Part shown: positions 1-8,104 of the stretch, in pieces
How the letters are laid out: every line of letters begins with the position of its first letter
Position numbering within the stretch: the stretch's first letter is position 1
Source: a virus
Lineage: Duplodnaviria; Caudoviricetes
DNA: 31,048 bases
IMG/VR virus record: IMGVR_UViG_3300043443_000278
Location: 1 to 31,048 of that record
Direction: 5' to 3' (one strand)
Position numbers and translations under genes: made by a program
Notes under the pieces: model-generated
The model's database searches: none
What the model saw: the letters and a program-made list of their open reading frames with translations, nothing else
Told to the model about the DNA's origin: nothing

Positions 1-360
1 AGATACGATAGATTCAAAATTGACGCCTTTATCTGATGCTGTTACAGGGTTATCAAACAGAGTAGCAAATATGACGATATCTGTATTAGGTAAACCGCTA
101 GTTGCGCGCAGGTATACGTTGTTGCTATCAATTGTCGCAGTAAAGACTACGAAAGGATCTGTTGTGTATATAAAATCTAATTGACGTATATACGCTAGAT
201 TGTTATCGTGTAACAAATACATTTCTGACAACTGATGCTCAACGTTCGAAGACGCTTGAACAGTTATCTTAGCACCACGATATGTTGTTTTACTAAACTG
301 CGCGATCGCATTAGGACCGCCATTTAGACCAAAATAGAATAAATCTGATTGTGCCGGCAT
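1..360 (-). CDS. Virion structural protein (partial; runs off the window edge)
   Basis: Not in the ORF track. The ATG at 358-360 overlaps the upstream TAA. Reads MPAQSDLFYF...TYRGAKITVQASSNVEHQLSEMYLLHD with no stop to position 1. The YRGAK..VQ..EHQ.SE..L.HD motif resembles repeats in T4-like structural proteins. Confidence 0.65.
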   Translation of the reverse strand, partial: MPAQSDLFYFGLNGGPNAIAQFSKTTYRGAKITVQASSNVEHQLSEMYLLHDNNLAYIRQLDFIYTTDPFVVFTATIDSNNVYLRATSGLPNTDIVIFATLFDNPVTASDKGVNFESIVS

Positions 361-845
361 TATCTACCACCAGGCGTTTGTGGAATAGTTAAAGGTTTGT
401 TCAAATCGCTATCCGTAGAAACAGTCACCCCTGATATTTTATCTGTGTGGTCTTTAAATTTAGTCAGGGTAGAATTTAACCCTGCAGTACCGTCGCCGCC
501 ACCAAGAGCGTTTTTAAGATTATTATAAGAATCTGTAAGAGCGCCGTTTGATGCAACGGTAGACAACGTAGAATCTAAATTGGAGAAATTATTTCCAGTT
601 AAATCGCCAACCGTAGAACCTAAATTAGATGCTATTCCACCAACAGGATTTTCTACAAGCGATGATAATGTTCCAACACTACTGGCAACCTCTAACGCTG
701 CAGAGGCTAGAGACGCCAACGTCCCTAAACTCATTTGTGATACCGCAGGAGAACCAGCAATAGTTGTGGTCGGAACAGGCATCACCGGAGTGCCGCCAAT
801 CAAACTTAGTACGATTGATTTTACTGCAGATGCTGTAAGTGACAT
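360..845 (-). CDS. Hypothetical S/T/G/A-rich protein, probably a virion component
   Basis: 161-aa ORF abutting the gp5 stop and coupled to the next gene (TAATG), within the baseplate operon. Confidence 0.6.
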   Translation of the reverse strand: MSLTASAVKSIVLSLIGGTPVMPVPTTTIAGSPAVSQMSLGTLASLASAALEVASSVGTLSSLVENPVGGIASNLGSTVGDLTGNNFSNLDSTLSTVASNGALTDSYNNLKNALGGGDGTAGLNSTLTKFKDHTDKISGVTVSTDSDLNKPLTIPQTPGGR

Positions 846-2342
846 TTATCCTCCGATTCTACCAGAAACTGTTGGTATCTGTTTAGCTGGTTTCATTACT
901 GAGTTATATGTATTGATGACGTTGTCTACAGAAGTAACGACATTATCAACAGCGTATCTAGTTTCTTCTACCTTATACGATGCACTATACATGTTGTAGG
1001 TATTATCGCCTAGACTGTAAAGCGGAGCGTGAATTCTATCTAGTTTGTTTGAAACGTCATAAAGAGTATCTGACGCTTTCGCTAAGAAACTGGTTTTCGG
1101 ATACAAGTCTTTACCGACGATATACCCAACATCATTTACGACAGACAACGCACTGTTAACAGTATCTTGTACTTTGTAGACAGTATCTTGAATCTTATCG
1201 ACGGTTTCTGTAATGGGCGACAACGCTTTTCCTAGGGAAGGATCTAGTTGGCTTAATCCGCTTATTGCGCCTAGAATATCTCCAGACTTAGCAGCACTAT
1301 ATACTGCCTTAACATCTTGCACAGTGTCTACTACTGTTTGAACCGTATTCAATACGTTGCTGAGTCCGCTCTTAAGTTTGTCTAGAGTATTTCCCGTCGC
1401 AACCGCAGGAATATCACTAATAGACGCAAGGATATCTGCTTCAAAGTCTGGAATGTCTAGAGCGTCCGGTGCTTCTGGCGAACCCATCTGAATGTTAACC
1501 AGACCACCAGAAACGTCAACAATACCGCCACCCAACGTAGTCATTGCGCCGTCCATACTCAAAATAGCGCCTGCCTTTAACTTGGTCGCTGCGCCAGAAG
1601 AAATATTAATAGCACTAGATGCGTCAACTCCGAAAGAACTTCCTTGCATATTAACAGCACCGCCAGATACCATGTTGATACTTGCTGCCTTTATGTTTAA
1701 AGCCCCTTTTACAGAAAGAGTCATGTTACCGTCTACTGCAATCTTACAATCGCCGCCGACAGTAACGGTATTATCGTTAGCGATTTTAACCGTATTATTT
1801 TTCTTTACAATGTTAATCTGATTGCCATCTGTATCGAATTCGACGTATGTACCGTTGTTATGTGATAACTTGATGCGACCTTTGCCATTATCATCTAATT
1901 CAAACGTATGTCCAGACTCCGTCTCGTGAACATAACTGAACGGATATTTGCTACCTCTGGCTAATCGAGAAAAAGTTGACTCGTTTAGTCTCTTAGGGTA
2001 TTTTCCGTTCGGGTCTGAAAAACCTTTATTTTTATCTGCTTTTGTAGAAGGCTTTCCCGGGATAACACCAAGAACCATCGGAAGTTGAGCAGATACATCG
2101 TCCATAAAAAAGCCGAAAACCATATCGCCTTCTTTGCAAGTATAAGATGCTGGAAGGTTAGGTGGCTGGATAATTGACGCCCAAGGCAACGTTTCTGTCG
2201 GGATTAATTCTTTATTATCTGTATGAAAACCGAAGCAACGAACGCGAACACGCCCTAATTGCTCTGGGTCTTTTCTATCTTCTACAACGCCAATGAACCA
2301 GGTAAATCCCGATTTGCCTAAAGAATATTGTTGATTATTCAT
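846..2342 (-). CDS. gp5: Baseplate hub/spike protein gp5 (OB fold + beta-helix, no lysozyme domain, C-terminal extension)
   Basis: N-terminal WFIGVVEDRKDPEQLGRVRVRCFGFH...LPWA OB-fold motif, then YPFSYVHETESGH, then V/I-x-G repeats of a beta-helix. Confidence 0.9.
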   Translation of the reverse strand: MNNQQYSLGKSGFTWFIGVVEDRKDPEQLGRVRVRCFGFHTDNKELIPTETLPWASIIQPPNLPASYTCKEGDMVFGFFMDDVSAQLPMVLGVIPGKPSTKADKNKGFSDPNGKYPKRLNESTFSRLARGSKYPFSYVHETESGHTFELDDNGKGRIKLSHNNGTYVEFDTDGNQINIVKKNNTVKIANDNTVTVGGDCKIAVDGNMTLSVKGALNIKAASINMVSGGAVNMQGSSFGVDASSAINISSGAATKLKAGAILSMDGAMTTLGGGIVDVSGGLVNIQMGSPEAPDALDIPDFEADILASISDIPAVATGNTLDKLKSGLSNVLNTVQTVVDTVQDVKAVYSAAKSGDILGAISGLSQLDPSLGKALSPITETVDKIQDTVYKVQDTVNSALSVVNDVGYIVGKDLYPKTSFLAKASDTLYDVSNKLDRIHAPLYSLGDNTYNMYSASYKVEETRYAVDNVVTSVDNVINTYNSVMKPAKQIPTVSGRIGG

Positions 2343-3616
2343 GTTTTAGAAAGTTTCTCTGTAGGTAGAGGATTCGCGAATGAATCTGTAGTCACCTCTA
2401 ATATCGTAGTACCAACACCTTGTTGCTTAAATACATGAGATACAGAACGTACCAAATATTTTCCGCTACGAAATTCATCTAGTCTTTTGCCCTTTTCGTC
2501 TGCAGCAACAAACTTTGGCATATCTATTTTAATTATATCTCCTGCCTTGACCGTTATGTCTAACGCAGATTCTAATCGCATCGCAAAATTATCTAGTAGA
2601 GCGTTATGCATCTGTCTAGGCATTAGCCACTTATCTACCGCATTTTCTTTTTCTGTTTTCGTATCGCCGACCAAAATGTGCGTTTTGAAGTTTGCAGAAT
2701 AAGATGTAGTAATGCTCTTGTCATTAGTTGGTGCATTTTTGTTTAAAAGAGTATTTTGAATATTAGAGACGCTATAATCAAAACTCTTATATTCTCTATT
2801 TAATATGTTAACCGTGGTCAACCGACTTGCATATCCTCCACGATTAGCAGTAGAGACTACATCGAAGTCATGAAGAATTTCTAACTTTTCTATAGAGTTT
2901 CTATTTTTCTTTATGTCAGAAGAAGAATTTGGTTGCTCGTTTACGCTCTTAATGTCGTACACCATATTCTTTAATACTTTTTGTGCATACAACGTCTTCA
3001 ATGACACATACTCAAAACCTTCTCTGCTTTCGAAAAATAAGAAATTAGAACTGTCTGGTCCGTTAAAAGACCTAGAAGCAATCCAATGTAATGCCTCTAT
3101 TGGTCTATAACCCGGAACAATTACATCGAATGCTCCGCTAGTTTGGTCTACACGATTAATCTTTTTAGGCTTCAAGAAATTATTCAAAATATCATTTGCG
3201 ATATCTGAATATCTAGTTGCCTTATATGCCTTGCTAATAGCCTTTATGTTTGAATCTATTAGTTCCGGTGAAACGAAATGTATGATGTACTTTGCGCCAG
3301 CGTTGTTATTATTTGTTCTGTTAGATATTTTAGTTATCTTAAACTCTCTATCTAACGGATATCCTAAACTCGGTTGGTCAATCTTTATCCGCAGTTTCTC
3401 ATTACCGGATATAGAAAAGTTACTTAAGATATCTTGAGCATCTACCACTACAATCGTACCAAACATTACGGGCGCATCAATGCTCTGATGCCATTCTATT
3501 TCTGCTAATTGAGCAACTAGAGAAACAGATTTACCAGACGAATTGATTAGGTCTAGAGATTGTAGTTCATAATCTCTAGCCGTGCCCATCCCATTACTTG
3601 TTACTTCTTCAGCCAT
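2339..3616 (-). CDS. Baseplate hub protein, gp27-like
   Basis: 425 aa, between gp53 and gp5. Motifs FLFFESREGF and AGDIIKID...SGKYLVRSVSHVF are typical of contractile-tail hub proteins. Confidence 0.65.
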   Translation of the reverse strand: MAEEVTSNGMGTARDYELQSLDLINSSGKSVSLVAQLAEIEWHQSIDAPVMFGTIVVVDAQDILSNFSISGNEKLRIKIDQPSLGYPLDREFKITKISNRTNNNNAGAKYIIHFVSPELIDSNIKAISKAYKATRYSDIANDILNNFLKPKKINRVDQTSGAFDVIVPGYRPIEALHWIASRSFNGPDSSNFLFFESREGFEYVSLKTLYAQKVLKNMVYDIKSVNEQPNSSSDIKKNRNSIEKLEILHDFDVVSTANRGGYASRLTTVNILNREYKSFDYSVSNIQNTLLNKNAPTNDKSITTSYSANFKTHILVGDTKTEKENAVDKWLMPRQMHNALLDNFAMRLESALDITVKAGDIIKIDMPKFVAADEKGKRLDEFRSGKYLVRSVSHVFKQQGVGTTILEVTTDSFANPLPTEKLSKT

Positions 3617-4295
3617 TGTACATCAACTTCTTAAATTCTTGTTCAATCGTTTGCATATACTTTGCATCTAGAAGTTTAATATTTCTTCTAGATTCGTTTA
3701 GTTCTACCTCATAATCATAATAACTGATTGCTTCTAGATAAACAGTTTGTGTTACGGTCGTGCCGTCGTCAAATGTTTTTTCATAAGATTCTGCTGCTAC
3801 AGGATATATTGTTCCTAGAGTTACATTTGGAGTTGCTGTGATTGCTCCTGTCGTGTAATCTGCAGTATAACCAGAAACAGAAAATTTTTCTGTTGTTCTT
3901 GCGATAATTATTCCATACTGGGTTATCGTTTTCTCTACAACTTTTCTAGTAAGATACTTTGTAGATAAAGCGACGCCAATATTAGCCAACCCATGCTTAG
4001 ATAAAATGTATTTTTCTAAAGAGTTGCTAGGCAGAGGAAACTCGTATTGAGCGTTATACAGTTTGTTGAACAGTAAAACAACCCAATGACGATTTGGGTC
4101 GCCATACAACTTATGCGCAATAATTTCTGGGGTATCGCCGTCTTGTAGTTGATACTCATATGCAATTGCAGTATTTTCAGAAACTTCTTTTAGGAAAGCC
4201 GAACGCTGTAATATGTTTGTGACAAGTTGAGACGATGCGGCTGCATCATCGAAGTTATAGTTAATCTTGCCAAAGAAAGAAAAATATCCAGCCAT
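3609..4295 (-). CDS. gp53: Baseplate wedge subunit gp53
   Basis: YF..F..I.Y N-terminus, LysM-like DGDTPEIIAHKLYGDPNRHWVVLLFN, and C-terminal SYYDYEVELNESRRNIKLL. Confidence 0.9.
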   Translation of the reverse strand: MAGYFSFFGKINYNFDDAAASSQLVTNILQRSAFLKEVSENTAIAYEYQLQDGDTPEIIAHKLYGDPNRHWVVLLFNKLYNAQYEFPLPSNSLEKYILSKHGLANIGVALSTKYLTRKVVEKTITQYGIIIARTTEKFSVSGYTADYTTGAITATPNVTLGTIYPVAAESYEKTFDDGTTVTQTVYLEAISYYDYEVELNESRRNIKLLDAKYMQTIEQEFKKLMYNG

Positions 4296-5572
4296 TAGTA
4301 ACCTGCCTTGATAAGATCTTTGTGCATAATTTCGACTTCTTTAAATCGTAGACGCATTTCTATATTAACAGGGATACCGTCTTTGAAAGTAACGAATTGC
4401 CCAGATTGACCGACGTAATTAACGTCTATGTTTTCTAGCACGCAAGTTGCGAATTTATGCAAAGATTCATTTAGAACATCGTTTTCATATCTGCTAGGTT
4501 TGAATCTGTATTCGATATCAAACTCTGACGGAGGAATAAAATATCTTCCGCCAGTACCTTTCGCCAACTCTGGTGCAGCATGAAAACGGAACATTCGAAT
4601 TATTTCTAGAACTTTCTTGGCTTCTGCAGAATTTCTAGGATGGAAAGAAAATCCAAATTCAAACGTTCTATTATCTATGGTCTCAAACAATACTTCAACT
4701 TGAGGATTTTGTGCAATTCCGTAAGACTGCATAATGACATTTTCGATGCCTTCGCCGAAAATGCCCAGTTCTTTACCTGCACCGCCAAGAATATTTGCCA
4801 TGCCTTCTACGGCAACGCCACCAAGATTATTTACTTTGCTGGTATCTATGCCAGAATAATTTCCACTAGAATCTGGGCTGCCTCCTTTACCCAGAGCACC
4901 TTTTATGCTATCAAAGGCAGTCTTAAGACTGCCTCCTAGTGCTTTTGCGCCTTGTCCCGCAAGACCTGCCATTCCTAATGCTGATGTTAGCGAAACTTCT
5001 CCATACTTGTTTTGCTGTTGCATTATAACTTGGTCTGGTACATATAAGTCGATAGTCTGAACAAGTCTTTTTGTTTTTCTTGTCATGTCTATATTAGCAA
5101 GAACCGTCGCTGCAAGAACACCTGCACCTGCAATACCGAGAGGTAACGTGCCTGTATCATATGCTTCTTGTTTAGGCGTACCATCTGTAATATTTCGTGC
5201 AGTATCATTTAAGAATTGTGTTGCACCATACAACGCTGCAGTAATGCCGCCGCCAACTGCTGCGCTTGCTTGGAACACGTCAGCGTCTCCGCCAAGTTGT
5301 CCAAATTGGCTTCTATTATAATCTGTTCTCGTTACTCCGCTAACTGGCTGAAAAGACGATTCAAAACTAGACTTGCCAGGAATATTAATATGGAATCTTA
5401 AAAAATGAGGAAACCTTTCTGTCTCGCCGACTTCTGTCGGGTACTTTAGAAAACTGGTATTGGAGTCGTAGTATTTGTTTTGGGACAAAACTGCTAAAGG
5501 ACCAGAAGTTGCCGGCACGGGATTAGTTTGCCCTTGGCTTATTTGCTCAACCCCTTCTTTTTCTACTGCCAT
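4295..5572 (-). CDS. gp48: Baseplate tail-tube cap gp48
   Basis: NPQVEVLFETIDNRTFEFGFSFHPRNSAEA...CVLENIDVNY...LRFKEVEI motif. Start moved to ATG 5572 (GAGG RBS) because the longer ORF overlaps gp4. Confidence 0.85.
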   Translation of the reverse strand: MAVEKEGVEQISQGQTNPVPATSGPLAVLSQNKYYDSNTSFLKYPTEVGETERFPHFLRFHINIPGKSSFESSFQPVSGVTRTDYNRSQFGQLGGDADVFQASAAVGGGITAALYGATQFLNDTARNITDGTPKQEAYDTGTLPLGIAGAGVLAATVLANIDMTRKTKRLVQTIDLYVPDQVIMQQQNKYGEVSLTSALGMAGLAGQGAKALGGSLKTAFDSIKGALGKGGSPDSSGNYSGIDTSKVNNLGGVAVEGMANILGGAGKELGIFGEGIENVIMQSYGIAQNPQVEVLFETIDNRTFEFGFSFHPRNSAEAKKVLEIIRMFRFHAAPELAKGTGGRYFIPPSEFDIEYRFKPSRYENDVLNESLHKFATCVLENIDVNYVGQSGQFVTFKDGIPVNIEMRLRFKEVEIMHKDLIKAGY

Positions 5573-5584
5573 TCTTGTTCCTCT

Positions 5585-5592
5585 AATAAATA
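5585..5592 (+). promoter_or_regulatory. T4-type late promoter variant (AATAAATA)
   Basis: One mismatch to TATAAATA, 5 nt upstream of the gp4 ATG at the divergent gp48/gp4 junction. Confidence 0.7.
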
Positions 5593-5597
5593 CTCTT

Positions 5598-6023
5598 ATG
5601 GCATACTCAGGTCGTTTTACACCAAACAACCCCAAGAAATATCTTGGTGACCCTACAAAAATCTTTTATAGAAGTTTGTGGGAACGTCGCGTTATGGTAT
5701 TTATGGACGATAGCCAAAACGTGCTCGAGTGGTCTAGCGAAGAAATCATCATACCTTATTTATCACCCGTAGATAACAAATATCACAGATACTTCCCTGA
5801 TTTTTTTGTTCGAACCAAAGACGGTGCGATGATTTTAGAAGTTAAGCCTGCTAAGCAAGCAGAACCTCCGCAAAAGAAATCAAGAGCCACTAGAGGATAT
5901 CTTCGCGAGGTTATGGAATACGGAGTCAATCAGGCTAAATGGAAAGCCGCAGAAGAATACTGCGCAGACCGAAAGTGGAAGTTTAAAGTTGTCACCGAAA
6001 AAGACATATTTGGAAAAAAATAA
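5598..6023 (+). CDS. gp4: Head completion nuclease gp4 (gp50)
   Basis: MAYSGRFTPNNPKKYLGDPTKIFYRSLWE...WSSEE...HRYFPDF...EVKP...NQAKW. True start is the ATG at 5598. Confidence 0.93.
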   Translation: MAYSGRFTPNNPKKYLGDPTKIFYRSLWERRVMVFMDDSQNVLEWSSEEIIIPYLSPVDNKYHRYFPDFFVRTKDGAMILEVKPAKQAEPPQKKSRATRGYLREVMEYGVNQAKWKAAEEYCADRKWKFKVVTEKDIFGKK

Positions 6024-6571
6024 TGCCATCACTATACGAAAAACTTAGTAAAGAAATGAGAGCCGCAGGTATCAAACCTCGCACACAAACAGCTCGTCAA
6101 TGGTTAGGAAGCAAGATTCGTTCTCTTAGAATTCCTGCAAATCGTTCTAATTTGCTAAATGACCCTAATCGTTCTACAGGATTTGCTGTTGTTGGCAGAA
6201 TGTATTTCTTTCACTATGACCCGAAATACAAAGATACTCTGCCTGTATACGATAGATTTCCTCTAGTGATTCCGATGGAAACATATCAAAACAGTTTTCT
6301 AGGTTTAAACCTGCATTATCTAGACCCATATAGTCGGCTGTATCTATTAGACATGTTGCATGACTTCATTACTAACACTAAATACGATGATAGTACTCGA
6401 TTTAAGATGGCATACTCAACTCTAGCGTCGGCGAAAAGATTTAAATTTATCGAACCTTGTATTAAGAAATATTTGTTCGAACATGTTATGTCATCGATGA
6501 TTTATATAGAACCAGATAGTTGGGAAACCGCTATCTTCCTCCCAACAGAAAAGATGGTGTATAACAACTAA
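6023..6571 (+). CDS. gp2: DNA end protector protein gp2
   Basis: GRMYFFHYDPKYKDTLPVYDRFPLV...FLGLNLHYL...PCIKKYL...WETAIFLPTE. Confidence 0.92.
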   Translation: MPSLYEKLSKEMRAAGIKPRTQTARQWLGSKIRSLRIPANRSNLLNDPNRSTGFAVVGRMYFFHYDPKYKDTLPVYDRFPLVIPMETYQNSFLGLNLHYLDPYSRLYLLDMLHDFITNTKYDDSTRFKMAYSTLASAKRFKFIEPCIKKYLFEHVMSSMIYIEPDSWETAIFLPTEKMVYNN

Positions 6572-7188
6572 TGGCATTCTCTCCCGACGCTTTTAGACAA
6601 CATTTCGCAAAACATAATGATTTTGCGAAGGCATCTAAGTTTAGAGTGCAGATTCTTCGTAGTTCTATTGGGGACACGGTAGACACAGAAAACGTCAGGG
6701 GATTAAGTTTCCAGTGCGAAGCAACAGAACTTCCTGGATATACCATTAACACCGCAGAAGCCAAGGTATATGGTGCAGCGTGGCAAATTGCAACTGTCCC
6801 CGTCTATACTGATTTGAGTTTAACTTTCATATGCGCTTCTGACATGTGGGAAAAGAAATATTTTGATGACTGGATGCAATCCATAATACCGACAGGATAT
6901 GGTTCTGTAGGAGAAGAATCTCCTCATGCCGAATATCGCGACAGATATTTGTCTACAATCAAGATAGACCAGTTCAGCGAATATACCGAAGGCACTACAT
7001 TACAAATACCATATAGTGTTATCGTATTTGATGCTTTCCCGACTTCTATTGCTCCGCTGCCATTAAATTGGGGCGAAGACGGATTACACAGACTTAATGT
7101 AACGTTTAAATATTGGAAGTGGGGCAGAGCCACACGTCCTGTTTATACAGAAGCGATACCTGAAACGAAAAACAATTTTGATGGATAA
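6571..7188 (+). CDS. gp54: Tail-tube-family protein (gp54-like tube initiator)
   Basis: CEATELPG...LTFIC...EKKYFDDW...AFPTSIAPLPLNW...LNVTFKY is a gp19/gp54 fold signature; synteny between gp2 and gp26. Confidence 0.75.
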   Translation: MAFSPDAFRQHFAKHNDFAKASKFRVQILRSSIGDTVDTENVRGLSFQCEATELPGYTINTAEAKVYGAAWQIATVPVYTDLSLTFICASDMWEKKYFDDWMQSIIPTGYGSVGEESPHAEYRDRYLSTIKIDQFSEYTEGTTLQIPYSVIVFDAFPTSIAPLPLNWGEDGLHRLNVTFKYWKWGRATRPVYTEAIPETKNNFDG

Positions 7189-7202
7189 CCTGCGAGGAAA
7201 TT

Positions 7203-7916
7203 ATGGCTTTACCTATTTTACAACAACCAATCTTTGAAGTGTACTTGAAATCTCTTGACAAGAAGGTTAAGTTCCGTCCATTTCTTGTAAAAGAAGAAAA
7301 GATTTTATTAATGGCAAGAGAATCAGACGATAATGATTCTACTGTAGATGCGATTAAACAAGTTTTACAGAATTGCTTAATTGAGAATAAGGACGGATCT
7401 GTATTGGATATTGACAGTTTACCTCTGTTTGATGTGCAGATGCTCTTTACTCATTTAAGGATGAAGTCTATCGGAGAAACGATTACGCTGCAATATACCT
7501 GTGACAAAGAAGACTGCGGTAAAGAAAATAGATACAATCTAGATCTTAACAAAGTCAAATATGAGATTACTCCTGGTCACTCAAACGTGATACAACTTAC
7601 AGATGATGTTGGAGTTAAACTGCGCTATCCTACAATCGCAAGTAGATTAACGGACAGCGAAGACCTTCTAGAAGATTCATACAAGTTAATTTTGCAACAC
7701 CTAGATTCGGTATTTGACGCAGAACAAATTTATACCGATTATACAAAAGAAGAATTATTGCAGTTTATTGACAGTCTTTCTGCAGACCAATTAGATAAAA
7801 TTCTTAATTTTTTCGCCACGTCTCCTAAAGTAGTATTAGAAGATGTCGCGACATGTAAATCATGCTCTCAGATAAATAAAATTTATGCGGAGGATCTGTA
7901 TAGTTTTTTTATCTGA
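7203..7916 (+). CDS. gp26: Baseplate hub assembly protein gp26
   Basis: MALP...KFRPFLVKEEKILLMA...LRMKSIGE, two Cys pairs, ends ...LYSFFI. Confidence 0.9.
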   Translation: MALPILQQPIFEVYLKSLDKKVKFRPFLVKEEKILLMARESDDNDSTVDAIKQVLQNCLIENKDGSVLDIDSLPLFDVQMLFTHLRMKSIGETITLQYTCDKEDCGKENRYNLDLNKVKYEITPGHSNVIQLTDDVGVKLRYPTIASRLTDSEDLLEDSYKLILQHLDSVFDAEQIYTDYTKEELLQFIDSLSADQLDKILNFFATSPKVVLEDVATCKSCSQINKIYAEDLYSFFI

Positions 7917-8104
7917 CATTTGGTTATGACAGTTTGGGTAATTTTATCCGAACTAATTTTGCATTGATGCAGCATCACAAGTATGGTTACACTGATATAG
8001 AAAATATGTTATCATGGGAAAGACACGTTTATGTCCAATTGTTAAGCGAGTATATTAAAGAAGAGAACGAAAAAATACAACAGCAAAAGATGAAAAGGCG
8101 TTAA
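7904..8104 (+). CDS. gp51: Baseplate hub assembly catalyst gp51 frame (probably entered by -1 frameshift from gp26)
   Basis: Not in the ORF track. Reads FFYLTFGYDSLGNFIRTNFALMQHHKYGYTDIENMLSWERHVYVQLLSEYIKEENEKIQQQKMKRR*. NFALMQHHKY...ENM..WER is the short gp51 motif. First ATG is only at 7967. Confidence 0.85.
   Translation, partial: FFYLTFGYDSLGNFIRTNFALMQHHKYGYTDIENMLSWERHVYVQLLSEYIKEENEKIQQQKMKRR

Noticed and set aside
5475-5635. Apparent overlap of extended gp48 and gp4 ORFs
   Set aside because: An artefact of longest-ORF calling. The true starts at 5572 and 5598 are divergent and do not overlap.
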